Shown piece by piece: positions 10,691-23,640 of a DNA stretch of 64,000 nt. The DNA is taken from contig MU054187.1 in assembly GCA_013239625.1 (NCBI GenBank), forward strand, positions 19,274,711-19,338,710, in the 5' to 3' direction. Source of the stretch: Lama guanicoe (taxonomy: Eukaryota). Numbering within the stretch: position 1 is the stretch's first letter; every line of letters starts with the position of its first letter. The notes beneath the pieces are model-generated. The model saw only the letters and a list, made by a program, of their open reading frames with translations, made no database searches and was not told the DNA's origin. A program made the translations under genes and the position numbers.

Positions 10691-10796
10691 CTTGGGAAAA
10701 GCCCAAAGGCAAGTGGCTGGTGCGTAAGGAACGACTTCTAAGGTTGCTGTTCCTCATATCCTGACCTGAAAACCAATTCCTAATGTTCATTTACAA

Positions 10797-10953
10797 TTTT
10801 TTAAAAAATAATTACTTATTTTTGTTTGTTGGGGGGAGGTAACTAGGTGTATTTGTTTATTCATATTGCTTTTTTAATGGAGGTCCTGGGGATTGAACCC
10901 AGGACTCTGTGCGTGGTGGGCATGCGCTGTACGGCTGAGCTATCCTCTCCCCC
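10797..10953 (-). mobile_element. Vic-1-type SINE (long form, diverged)
   Basis: tRNA-like head with A/B boxes, A-rich linker, CCTAGTTACCTCCCCCC segment and A-rich tail on minus strand. Confidence 0.85.
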
Positions 10954-11520
10954 TCAGTTTTAAAATTTTAAATGGTAAATCTCATGAGAGAACAGAACGG
11001 CAGAGGTGGCTGTGGGTGAGGGGAGAGAGATGATGATTCTTACAGACTGGGTGAGGAACACAGGTAAATGTCTTCAATTTGCATAAGCAAGTCTTAATGG
11101 GATGTTTCACAAAGTGTGCAGTTTGAGCTTAAGGCTTTATTGCTTCCTGTCTTCGACTGTTCGCTCATCTGATCTAAATTAAAAGTTCCCTGAGGGCAGG
11201 GATGCATCCATCTCATACCCCACCATATTCTCAGCATCTGCATGAGCTGGAAAATAGGACCCAGGCAAGGGATTTTTCCTGAATATGTGTTTCTGGGAAA
11301 GGAGGATGAGTAGATTCACAAGCTGCCTCTCAGGATGCAAGCTGAATGAATAATTTATAGGGTAAGGCAGGGAAGGGGAATAAAAGAGAGGAGCCCACCA
11401 AGCAAACAATTAAAAAATAAGCCGAGTATGTCTTAAGGCAAAAACCTCAGCTCTGGAACGAACACAGCCACCTGCTTTCTTTGTACATCACTGAAGCAGC
11501 TGAACGCCCCCCCCACCCCC

Positions 11521-12239
11521 TTTTAATTGAAGTATAGCCGATTTACAATGTTGTCTTAGTTTCTGGCGTAGAGCAGAGTGATTCAAATTTTTAAATATAT
11601 ATATATATTCTTTTTCATATTCTTTTTCCTCATAGGCTTTGACAAGATACCAAATATGGTTTCCTATGCTATTCAGTAGGACCGTTGTTCATCTATTTTA
11701 TATATAGTAGTTAGTATCTGCAAATTCAGAACTCCCAATTTATCTGTCCCTACCCCTATCCCCCCGTAACTGTAAGTTTGTTTTCTATGTCTGTGAGTCT
11801 GTCTCTGTTTTGTAAATAAGTTCATTTGTGTCATTTTTTTTAAAGATTCCACATATAAGTGTTATCAAATGATATCTGTCTTTCTCTGTTGACTTAACTT
11901 CACTTAGTATGACAATCTCTCAGTCCATCCATGTTGCTGCAAATGGCATTATTTCTTTTTTATGGTTGAGTAGTATTCCATGGTATATATACACCACAAC
12001 TTCTTTACCCATTCACCTGTCAATGGACATTTAGGTTGCTTCCATGTCTTGGCCATTGTAAATAGTGCTTCTATGAACACTGGGGTGCATGTATCTTTTT
12101 GAATTAGAGTTTACTCTAGATCTATGCCCAGGAGTGGGATTGCTGGATCATATATGCTTAATCTACTTTTAGTTTTTTAGGGAATATCCATTCTGTTTTC
12201 CATAATGACTGCACCAAACTACATTCCTACCAACAGTGT
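11521..12239 (-). mobile_element. L1 3' end (about 720 bp)
   Basis: L1 3'UTR and ORF2-end motifs: gattccacatataagt, tccatccatgttgctgcaaatggc, ggacatttaggttgcttccatgtcttggc, gtgggattgctggatcata. Confidence 0.92.
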
Positions 12240-12479
12240 TGAACATCGCTTGAGAAAAGTCCCAATTGGAACTTTCAGTTTCTCTGTCCAGGAATCCTCA
12301 CCGCCCTGAGCAGGCCTCTCCACACTGGCCATCTCACTGTGTCCCCAAGCTGTGCCTTCCTCTGGCCCCTTCCCAGGGATGACATGTCACGTCTTCCCCC
12401 TCTCCTAGGAACCCTGATACACACCTCTCTCTTCCCTCCCTCGCCTGCAACTGGGCCTTACATTTCTCCAAGGAGGGAG

Positions 12480-12815
12480 TGGCCTTAACGATTCTTACCC
12501 CTCTTCCCATGTTTTTCATCTGATGGAAGCCCGAGCACCCTTCAGGTCTCAGCTTAAATGTCACTTCCTTGGGGCAGCTTCTGACGCTGCTTCCTTGCCC
12601 CCATCCCCAGTTAAGTTGAGCCCCCCCCCTCTTTCTACTAGCTCTTCCCTTTGTAGCATCACTGCCAAGTAGAGTGATGGAGTTCTCCGCATGTCTCCTC
12701 CACTGGTCCGAGCTCCAAGAGGGAGGCTGTGGACAGACATGTCTGGTTCACAGCTGGAGGCCTACAGCAGGCACTTGACACATAAGTTGAATGAATACAT
12801 AGCTGAATAAGTTAA
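12480..12815 (+). mobile_element. L2 3' end
   Basis: cttcaggtctcagcttaaatgtcacttcc...gagctccaagagggagg...gttgaatgaat. Confidence 0.7.
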
Positions 12816-14354
12816 TAGTTCAAAGAAGAATAAGCATCCAAGAAGAGATGGAACCTGACCAGGCCTTCAGAGATGGTAATAATCAGAAGAAGAAATTCTT
12901 CTCAGTCTTCTTAAATGATGCTGAAATTCCATGGGGACACGAGAAGTGACAGCAGCCAGCTTGCCTGACTTCCTGGTGGGTAAATCATGGTGCTGCCTCC
13001 GCTCTACACACACTCATCTGGCCTCTCCCCACCTTCCCCTCGCGGTCCTGCAGAGGCCCCAGTGCATGTCAGCTCTGACTCACAGGCTTGAAATAAAAAA
13101 CATGGCCATCCCCGCCGTGGTCATGACCCCAGGTGTCTGCCCACCTGTGACAACAGCAAACAGGTGAGGACATGGGAGCCGGGCCATCTTCCCAGGAAGC
13201 TAAACTTCCTTGTTTGGGCGCCAGAGAGAAGAATGCTCACTCTCTTCCAGGTTGCCCACTGCTCATTCCCAGCCACAGCATCATGGGCCCTCCTTCCAAG
13301 GGGACGAGGGCACCTTGCCGCCCTCGCTCCATCTGCTTTGCTGGACCCGGTGGGGAGGTGGTGTTTATACACAGGCCAGCTTACTGAGATCAGGACTTTC
13401 CCATCTCGCTCTGTTAAGCACTGCTTTGCCTTGTTTTTATTTGGCTTCTGCTGCCCGGGTGATTCAGCCACCATTTTTTTTTTCATAACAGTAAAAGACT
13501 TAACCAAAACCAAACTTCTGTTTCTTTGCAGAGAGGTTCAGAAATTTACCATTTGACATAAGGCCTCTCCAGTCCTCCCCTCACGGCTCAGGATCTTTAA
13601 AAGACCAGTTTCATTTTAACACTTGGACTGTGGTTGGACAGCTAATTACAAAAGCTCTAGTATCTCTTACAGCCCAGTCAGCTCTTCTCAGGCCCTCAGA
13701 GAACCATGCTGCCTCATGGAGACTGTACAGCAAAGGACGCTTATTCTGGGACAAGTACACCTTCAAGATGGAAGACGTAGAATCTTAAGAGTTAGATAGA
13801 AATTTGAACCATGTCCCAGAGGAATCCGAGTTTCACAGCCCTGGTGTCATTGTGAGCTAGGTCAATCCCACCTTTTGATGCACCTGGATGTAAAGACTGC
13901 AGACTTAAGAGTTAATATTCCACCCAGGCTCTGCCAAGAAAGTACCTCAACATATTACCCAGTGCTTAATGCATCAAAGCCATCTTTAATTTTCATCTTT
14001 CTTACACTTTAAAAACATTAAGAATTTTTATATTCTAAAATTGGCAGACAAAAGACTAAATTTACTGACCTCTGAAATGCAAAATCTTCCCCCCAGATCC
14101 TTGCAAGTTACTTGTTAGTGTTACCGGAAACTCCTGAGGACTGCGAGACGTCAGAGCGACAGCTTGATCAGAACAGGTCAGAACCTGTATTTGAAAATGT
14201 GGGTTCTCAGGGCTCAACCTCAAGGCTTTCTGTCGGGGGGACGGGGGGAGCGGGTGCAGATGACTCAGGCAGTATGACGCCCACGCCCCTTGCAGAGGGC
14301 GCGGCAGAGCTTCTCTCAGGGGGGGTCCTGGGGCAGAGGCTTCGCCATTATCCG

Positions 14355-14491
14355 GGAACTTGATAAAGATGCAGAATTTTGGGCCTTCCCTGAGGCGTGT
14401 GAATCACAAAGTCTGGGGTGAGAGCCAGCAGTCTCAGTTTTAACAAGCCCTCCAGGTGCTCATGATGTTCGCTGAACCTGGAGAAGACCTG
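14355..14491. mobile_element. MER5-like DNA transposon remnant
   Basis: aagatgcagaattttgggcc...tgaatcacaaagtctggggtg...ttttaacaagccctccaggtg. Confidence 0.7.
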
Positions 14492-15613
14492 ACTGCCTCT
14501 CCAGCTCCCCTGGGGAGCTCGTTAAGCTGCAGACTCTGACTTCGGCAGGGCTCCCTGACTCTCAGGTGAGGGCTAGGCTGCGGGTCTGAGGGCCGCCTCT
14601 GGGCAACACTAATGGAGATGTTCATCTTCCTTTAACTAGGGTTGAAGGGTCACCCAACCAGATCCCTGGTGCTGAAACGTGGCCTCATCTTACTCAAAGT
14701 TATGTGAAGATGAGGTCAGAGCCCCCGTGTCCTAGGACCCTTCTTGATTCCCAAAGAAGTACTCAAATACAAGGCCACTCTCCATGGTCCAGAGTCTAAC
14801 GAAATGGCAGCGAGAGGGCAGGTCGCTGGTGCGTGGAGGCAGGGATGCAGCTTCCACTCCGTCCCTCCTGACTGCATCACTGTGCAGCGTGAAACAAGTC
14901 CAAGCCTCCTGTGCCTCAATTTCTCCTTCTGAAAAATGAAGTCATTGAGAAGGTTTCTTTCCAGCTCTGAGATTCTCTTATAAAAGCAGCTGGTGATTCC
15001 TAAGTTCTAAGACAAAAAAATCTAAGACACAAATCCAAGACCTTCCACACAAACGGAAGTGTTGATCCAGCAAGAACCTGAAATTCTCAGTGCGATCAAC
15101 AGTTTCAACTCCCTGGAAGGCACCGTCTTAGTCATTCATGGAAGAACCCGAGGGGGCCACACCAGTTACACCGATGATGCCGGAGGGGAGAGCATGGGCG
15201 GTCTTTCTGGTGCAGAGTGAGGAATCAATCCTGCAAACCTCAAGACATCAGTGGCACTTCCGGCAACGCCACCACGGCACACGGGCTGCAGGCCTGACTT
15301 ACGAGTCACTTTATCTGTTCATTAACGTCCAGTTGGTATAGTTACACACTTACAAGTCATATTCATAAAAGCCTTTCAACAAAATGTGAGGAGCAAACCA
15401 AAATCTGTGGATGGGCGTGCACAGGTAACGGAGAGAGAAAACGCTGCCGCTGGAAGCTTGTGAAGCTGTCTAAAGGCCTGTGCCCCGATTTAGGGAAATC
15501 TTACAAAGACAGCAGATCTGAAAGGGACCCGTCTACTTTTCCAGTCCTCGTACTTGATAAGCCTGAGGAGATTCCAAATGTGACAGAACATTCTGGAGAC
15601 TTTCTCTGTCTCT

Positions 15614-15754
15614 ATTATAATTATTTTTTAATTTAAAAGACATTTTTTGGGGGGTGAGGTTATTATTATTATTTTTTAATGGATGGACAGGGGATTGAAC
15701 CCAGGACCCTGTGCATGCTGAGCACACGCTCTACCACTGAGCTGTAGCCTCCCC
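15614..15754 (-). mobile_element. Vic-1-type SINE (long form)
   Basis: tRNA-like head; TSD ttctctgtctct at 15602-15613 and 15757-15768. Confidence 0.9.
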
Positions 15755-17025
15755 ACTTCTCTGTCTCTTTTATTAAAGGTGCTCAGCTTTTTGGGTTGGT
15801 TTCATTGGTTTCTTGAGTAATACGGCTGATATTTCCTACTCTTTGACACTAAGGGCCAAACTGTGTTTTACTCTGTGATGCTCTATAACCCGTTGAACAA
15901 ATAATTGCTAAATGCCTACTATGTACCAAGCACCGTTTCATCTTTTCATCACACCTTGAATATGAGATGACACTGGTCTGCTGCAGTTATCTGCAAAACT
16001 CCGTTGGCAAGAGGTGAAAACATTTAGAATTAAGTTCCTAATATAGAGATGCATTCTTGAACAAAGATGAAAAACAATGTAATGTTTAATTCCAAGCATG
16101 TGAAGTCAGGGGGAAGGAAAGAAAGCAGCGACATCTAGTCATGATAACTGCAGCGTGATTCTGTTTGGCTTGACAGCCGAGGCGCCGGGGCGCCGATGCA
16201 GCTGGAGTGCCCTTGGACTGATGTTGTTTCAAGCTGAGAACTGTCCTCATTGTGTCTGGCAGATTCCAAAGACAGTCTCTGCATATGCACAGGGTGGACA
16301 GGACCACCTCCACGCACCCGTGCACACACTCCATCCCAGTCAGGGTCAGCCAGCTGCTAAGGATGGGTAGGATTTCAAGGACCTGGGAGGGTATCTGTAG
16401 GGAGTGTCCCCTGTCCCCTCCACCCCCACTGAATGGGGGAAAACTGATTTCACTTTACAGTTAAAGCAAAGCTGAAAAAAAACAAATGTTCATGGAAGTG
16501 GCCCATGCATTAAAAATCCCATGAAGGCATAAATGATGGGAAGAGAGCAAGTTACCTGGTGAGGAAAAGGGAGGGCAGGGGAAGGGGGAGAGGACTGAGG
16601 CCAGAGTGCAGGCACACTGCGGGTGGGAGGTAGGCAAGGGGAACAGACCTGAAGGACTGTTTTCCTAATTGTGCTCTGCTTTACTCCTTTGTCCATAGCT
16701 GGCCTTACTCCATGGGGTACTTTGTGAGTTTAAGAATGACATATGTGTGTTCATGTCTACATACTTCAGTACATTTATTTTCTTCTCTTCCTTTGCCCAG
16801 TTTAGGGAAGATAATACTGTTGATGGAGATGGGGAGATAGGTGTAACAGAACAGTAGCTCAAAAGGAGACTCTGTTCTTACATCGTGTGTCATGACTAAA
16901 CACAGAACTCAACAATCAGAAACTGTCATACTCTTTGGTAGAGGTCCATGTTCATTGCAAAGGCCATTAATAATGTGGACAGCTAAAAAAGACTTTGGAC
17001 TAGATATAAAAGCAAATGGAGTATT

Positions 17026-17510
17026 TAAGAAGATGTGGTTAGAAGATTCAAGAAGATGTGATGTGTGTGTGTGTGTGTGCGCGCGTGTGCGCACAAATGG
17101 AATATTACTCAGCCATGAAAAAGAATAAAATGTTTCCACCTGCAGCAACATGGATGGACCTAGGGATTAACATATTAAGTGAAGTAAGTCAGACAGAGAA
17201 AGACAAATATTAGATGATATCACATACATGGAATCTAAAAAACAATACAAATGAATGTATATATAAAACAGAAACAAACTCACAGACATAGAAAATAAAC
17301 TTATGGTCACCAAAGGGGAAAAGGAAGGGGGAGGGAAAAATTAGGAAAATAGGATTAACAGACACAAATTACTACACATAAGACAGATAAGCAACGAGGA
17401 TTTACTGTATAGCACAGGAAAATAACCTGAACAAAATATATAACTGAATCACTTTGCTGTATACCTGAAATTAACACAATATTGTAAATCAACTATATTT
17501 CAATTAAAAA
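17026..17510 (+). mobile_element. L1 3' end
   Basis: aatggaatattactcagcc...agtgaagtaagtcagacagagaaagacaaata...caattaaaaa. Confidence 0.9.
17061..17095. repeat. (TG)n/(CG)n alternating purine-pyrimidine tract
   Basis: atgtgtgtgtgtgtgtgtgcgcgcgtgtgcgcaca. Confidence 0.95.
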
Positions 17511-17807
17511 AGTTGTTTCAGTGAAAAAAGGCAATATGAAGTAAATTGTAGGGTCTTGAGTAGAGACATGACAGGCTAGGATAGTATCTCACTTCTGAGC
17601 ATGGAGACTTTTCTCAACTTAAATCGATGCGTGTCTTGGCTGTGGCCCTACTGACTAGTAGCCTTGATTTGTGTCAAAGTGCACGCCTCCAGGCCCCTCC
17701 ACTATCAGCCTCATTGGTTTCACTCGTCTCCCTTTCCAGACCTTGTGAAAGCAACAGCCACTACAGAGATGACACCCCCCTCTCCCAGAATCCCCTCTGT
17801 CCTGCTC

Positions 17808-17935
17808 ACCATGCCTGGGGCGCTTGTTACACAGCTGATGCCCTGGCCTGACCCTCAGATATTCTGATATAATAGGGTTGAAGTGGGCCCCAAGAATCTG
17901 CATTTTTAACACATAGGTGATTCTGAAGTAAGCAG
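17808..17935. mobile_element. MER5-like DNA transposon remnant
   Basis: cctggggcgcttgtta...ccctcagatattctgat...aagaatctgcatttttaaca...aggtgattctga. Confidence 0.7.
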
Positions 17936-19338
17936 TTCATTGATATAGTTCAGAATTTGTTACAAGCCCTAAGGGAATCCCAGTGGAGTAGAACTTACTT
18001 GTCAAGTCTTTAGAAAGTCAGAATTCCTCAACACTGACAGCATTTGACCAGGGGAATCACTGCAGAAGGAATGAGGAAAGACTGAGAGGGAACGTTTGTG
18101 TAAATGCAGTTTCTACAAGTTGTATCGTTTTCATTGGTTCATCCTATGAACGGAAAACTCTAATCCCGTGTTGAGTCCCAGTGGACAGAGGTAGTGAAGC
18201 TTGGAGGAAATCCACCGGGAGACGGCTGCAGGGCATTTCTTCCCCTTACAATGCCACGTGGCTAATGTGATTATAAGACCTAATGAACTGAAACTAATGC
18301 AATTTTGAAAATCTTCATAGCTAATGAAAATCACATCTTCTCCCTCAAGATTTCCCATTCTTTTTTTTTTTTCCTGTTTGTAAATCATGAATGAAATGAA
18401 GTCATGGGTTAAGGCTGTGTTTATGGAAAGTCTTAGTATAATTTTGAGAGTTTCATAGATTTTGAATGTCACAGTGGTTTCCAAGTTGAAGGTCATGTTT
18501 GGAACTTACATTATATGCCACAGGATTAAGAACTTTCTGGAGACACCTAGAATAGGGATTCATAACACTGATATTTTAAAGATAGTTTTTTCTCCTCTGC
18601 TGAGTTCAAAGCATTCTGTGTGGCAGGTAGTCAATGTAGTCTCTCTGCCCCAATTTCTATTTTCTTGGTAAAGGTGAGGGCTAGAAAATAAGAACTAATA
18701 TCAGGGTATGGTTTTGCAACCCCCTCCATCCCACATTCTCTATCCTATGTTTTCACCCCTGTGGTGGAGAATGGTTTTCTATCCTGATAAGTTAGCATGC
18801 TTTTTTTTTTTAATAACCACTAAACTATACACACAAAAATCATATTTCTTTTTCTCTGACTGGAAGCTCAGTGCTGTAATTATCCTTCAATTAAAGTGAT
18901 TATCTTAGTCTAGCTCTTTCTTTCCTCTCTCTACACCAACCCCAATTACAAGTTTTTGATTTCACATGCTTTTAAATCTTATGCCAGTCTCTTTATTAAA
19001 ACGACCTCAATATTTCCTGGAGGCAGATCTTAATTTCTAAATATTGCACACATGAAGTTTTAAATTTAAGTACCATGGACTATTCCTTTATAGATTTTAA
19101 TAGCTCTCGATGTCCAGATAGGTTTTTAAAAAAGCGAAGGATGAAAGAACGAAAAAGGAAGGAAGAAAGGAAAAAAGAGATGATTTTCCCATTAAATTAA
19201 TCTTTGGGATCGTAAGTTCTGATCTCTAAGGAAATAATGAAAGCAGTATTCAGATGACATCTGAGATGCAAAGACCAGGATGATTAAAAGCAAATCAACT
19301 TTATCCTAAAGGCTACAGAACCATTAAATTAAATCATT

Positions 19339-19377
19339 AAAATTCTAGTCTAATCCTCTGAATTAGACTAGAATTTT
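19339..19377. repeat. Perfect inverted repeat, 16-bp arms, 7-nt spacer
   Basis: aaaattctagtctaat-cctctga-attagactagaatttt. Confidence 0.95.
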
Positions 19378-19540
19378 CAACCCTGGCTATCCATTAGAAT
19401 CACTTAGGGAATTTTCTGCAATACACCAATGTCCAAGCCTGACCCTGGAAACTGGCTTACTTGAGCAGGGATTTGGTCTGGATGTCTGTATTTATAAATG
19501 TGTCCCCAGAGCATCTGAATATCTAGTTAGAATAGATTCA
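19369..19540. mobile_element. MER5A-like DNA transposon remnant
   Basis: ttttcaaccctggctatccattagaatcacttagggaa...tgtctgtatttataaatgtgtccccaga. Confidence 0.65.
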
Positions 19541-20224
19541 TTCATAGCCCTAAGCTCAACTGGCAAATGTAACTTCATTTTATTTCTTATAGTATTGGAA
19601 CATAGCATAGTCAGGATGTGACAACATACGACAGACAGAGCTCATCTTTCCTCTTCCCACACAGGTTCACGCCGGGAACCACGCAAACCACGCTTTCTGC
19701 AGCACACGTGGATCCCCAGACCTCAGGCCCAAACAGAGCACATATGGTTTACTCCAGAAGGTAGTATCTGAACTTGCAACATAAAGACACAGACTCAGAA
19801 GGCAGGGACACAGCCATGTTCTTTGTCTGCTAGATTATGCCTACTTATTTGTCTCTGCGTCCCTCAAAATGCTAAACTGAAAAGTTGTATGGCTAAACAT
19901 AATTCATGGGATAAATTAAAATGGCATTATTTTAAAATGTAAAAAAATTTCGACAAGAAATAGAAGAAAACCTCCTGGTCTGTTATTGGTTCTCACATAC
20001 CACTGTTTTTAGGTTGTATGTCGAAGCTGATATAAACACTCACCATCTCTTCACTTATAAAACGATCTGTAATCCTTAGAGGCAAAGAATGTACTAGAAA
20101 TCAATACATTGCTATGTCAATACTTTTCTTCGGGCTACTTTAGCTTTTCTCTTGATCTTCATTGCTTAAATGGACACAATACCCTTTGTTGAGGTCAGTC
20201 TGAAAAACATTTATGGAAGGACTA

Positions 20225-20710
20225 CCATGGGCCGGGCAGATCCAACCCCTCCAGCCTCCACTAGGTTCCTTTGTCTTCTTGGCCACGACCTTTCAAACCC
20301 ACATGGGCTTTTTCTCTCTAGCTCTTGAACATATTGAGTTTGTCCTCACCCTGGACCTTTTATACTAGCTGTTTATCTACCAGTATCATCATTTTTCAGG
20401 TCATCACACAGCTGGTTCTCCTTCATTTATTTCATCCTGCTCAAATATCATATTCTCAGAGAAGCCTCCTGTGATCAACCATTCTAAAGCCCTCTTGTGC
20501 ACCTCCAACTCAGCCTTATTCAATCACTCCCTCTTGCTTTTCTGTTATCCCATCCGAAAGCATCTTGTGTATTAGTCTTTGCGTTTGTGGTTGCAGGATG
20601 CCCTCTAGATCATAACCTCACTGAGCGCAGGCACTCTGTCTGGGCAGCTGTAACTCCAGCACCTACAACAGTCGCAGGCACTCCATCAGTACCTATGGAG
20701 TGAATGAATG
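20225..20710 (+). mobile_element. L2 3' end
   Basis: ctgctcaaatatcatattctcagagaagcct...ctagatcataacctc...cagcacctacaacag...tgaatgaatg. Confidence 0.7.
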
Positions 20711-20747
20711 CACATCTTTGCAGACCTACCAAGAGAAGCTCCAAGGT

Positions 20748-20839
20748 GGGGGAGGGTGTAGCTCAGTGGTAGAGCGCACGCTTACCATGCACGAGGTCCT
20801 GGTTCAATCCCCAGTTCCTCCATTAAAAAAAAAAAAAAA
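20748..20839 (+). mobile_element. Vic-1-type SINE (short form)
   Basis: GGGGGAGGGTGTAGCTCAGTGGTAGAGCGCACGC...GGTTCAATCCCCAGTTCCTCCATT + poly(A). Confidence 0.9.
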
Positions 20840-22769
20840 GAATAGTTCCAAACATAGTCTTGTACTTTTTAAGGCTGAAACTACTGAATAAATAAATGAG
20901 TGTGTACAGATGCAATTTTAGCCTACAGTTCCCCACGCAAGATGCATGTGCTGGGATTTTAATTGGACCCAGAGTGCCAGCCACTTTTGTAGAGAAGGCG
21001 ATTTGTACCCTGTGCCTTGCTGGCTCGCAGCGTCTGCCAGACAGAGTTTTTCTCTTTGCACATCTTGCAATCTTGGCTGTCACTTTCAATTTCCAGCAGA
21101 ACACAGCCAGACATTAATGTTTGAAACTGCACTTCTAATGGTCTGTTGAGGTTTCTTTAGACCACCTGACTGGGGTTAGCACCACGTTTATCCGGCACCG
21201 GATCCTCAGTCTACCATGTAAAGGTTTTGGGTCTCTTGCTGTTGTTCACCCCCATTCTGGCTCGGCACAGGCGTTACGTTCCAAAAAGCATCCACTCAGT
21301 GTTGGCGGGGTTACTGCAGCCTGGGAGCTTTTGTCAGTAATCTCTCCCTTCCACTATGACCACGAGATACTAACAGCACCGGCCAGGAAGTCAGCTGTAG
21401 TATCTTCAGGACAAACCCCACTGACATATGGAAGCGACAGTTGGAGCACTGCCTCTATTTCGAGGCGTTTCTGCTTGGTCTAGACTAGCCCTTTAAGCCA
21501 TATTGATACCACACTCTGCCAGCCTTCCAAACATGTGCCTCTGTTTACATGTCGGCTCCATTCAGTATTCCCAGCATTTCAGTTCTCCCTTCAGTATAGA
21601 AAAGTATATTTGATACCACTAACAAAATCAGCTACATTTGTATCTTATGAATCATACATTAGTTTGAAGCCCTAGGCCAGAAAAGGCCTTGGCACCCAGT
21701 AAATAAATATTAATTCCTTCTTCTTGCTATTTTAACGAAACACTTATTCTATTCAAAAATATACTTAAAAAAGAATCTGCCTCTTTTAAAAACTCAATGT
21801 ACATAAAGTACTCAAATGTACAGCTAAGATTTGATTATTTCTCCTTGGTAGCTAACTAGAGCTGTGTTAAATTCAGATGATAAACTGGAATCAGCATCAG
21901 TGTCAGAATCAGCTGCTTCCAAGGCAGGCGGTCCGATGGCTGTAGGAAGTCCTAAGAGACGGTGGATCTTGCTTTAACCAAATCCAACATACATAAGTTT
22001 GTATTTATCAAAGAGTGGCATTATGAAATAATACGAATATTTTCAAATAATACTACTTTAAATGAGGAGCAATTCAAACATCTTTCAAATAAAATTCAAT
22101 TTCAAGTCTACTTTCACAGAACTTTACAGGAACCTATATGCTGCCATGAACAGTCACAAAGCCAAATCAGAACTAATGCTTATTTCCAGCAATCATACAA
22201 GGCCGTTCAAACTACAGGGTTGGGGCTGATGGGAACCTCTGTAGTGGGTGAGCCAGGGTGACTACACCTGCACCACAGATGAATCCTAATGCCATGCAAA
22301 GAGGCGCAACCAGACGCTGGGTTGTGTGATGCAAAGGGAAACACTAATTATGAAGCTTTCTTGCCCAAAACGTCAACCTGAGCTGATTAGGCCTCCGGCT
22401 GTAACCACCAGGCTTTTATATATTTGTTTTTGCTTCTATCACTTAAACAGTCAAATAACAATCACGGATTTTGTCTACCCATCAGCTAACTCACATTCAT
22501 AGGATTTTTGTGAGGTCTGCGTGTAAGTTACCGTACGACTGTCTGTGTAAAAAAAAAAATTAGAACAGACTTTAAATGTGCAATTTGTGTAACTACCCAT
22601 AATGACTGTCACCAGTGTATCCATTAAAATGCCATCGTATTGAGCGGAAGGAAGCGAGAAGACAAGCTGGCGGTGAGCACACATTTGAGGAGACACTCCC
22701 CCTCCCCGGTTGTGAAATATTGTCATCCTCGCTCTTTGAGGTTCAGTCTTAGGCTCTTTTCCTTATTTT

Positions 22770-23640
22770 GCCTCACCGTTTCTTCCTGGTGTCTTATCCA
22801 CACCCGTGAGTTCAATTCCCTGCAGGCTGCCTTGATCTTCCATCTATATCTCCAGCCCAAACCTCTATTCTGAGCTCCAGATTCCATATCCAGCTGCCAC
22901 GGGACCTCCCCACCAGGATGTCTCCAGGCTCCCAGCACAGGGGTCCTCCTCCAGGGCCCCCTCCCTCCGTGAACGGTGCTACTTCAGCGAATTACAGAAG
23001 GTCGCATCCCAAGGTCCCCCCATTTACCATCCTCTCAGTTGTCCCTCTCCCCCATATCTAATCCAACACACCAAGCCCTTTTGATTGCACCCCCTGGATG
23101 ACTTTCAAATCCATCGCTGCAGCTAGTCCTTGTCTCTGCAGCCTCCAGGGTCAGCGCCTTGTCAAGTTCCCAGCATGTCCTGTCTTGGCTACGGCATTCA
23201 CCCTGCCGCCTTCCAAGTCCTTCTTCAAACCCTAGCCTGAGGGAGCTTTTCAAAAAGAAAATTTGATCACACCAAACCCTTTTAATGGTTTAAAAACCTT
23301 TTAATGGTTTCCCATTGATCAAAGGATAAAGAAAATGAAATCACAGAGTAACTGCTACTTGCTGCAAGTTCTGGCTTTTGTCTCCCTCCCTCCTTCATCT
23401 CCTTCCCTCTCTCACTTGTTCCTTACCTGGAACCTCTTCAATCCCCACCCAACCCGCTGCCCTTCCCCTAGTTAAGCTCTACTCTCCATCAGATACCAGG
23501 GAGGCCTTCCCAGGCACAAGGTCATTGCTATATTGGTTTCTCTCTTTCACAACATCTCCTTGTCCTCTGTCCACTTAGTCGTGCAATGGGTTTGACTAAC
23601 GTCTGTCATGACTCCTAGACTGTATGGAAACCCGATTATG
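22770..23640 (+). mobile_element. L2 fragment
   Basis: atctatatctccagcccaaacctctattctgagctccagattccatatccagctgcc...atctaatccaacacaccaag...atttgatcacacc. Confidence 0.7.

Noticed and set aside
20748..20822. tRNA-Ala gene (also the other five tRNA-like heads)
   Set aside because: Poly(A) tails, TSDs, multiple diverged copies and imperfect stems indicate SINEs.
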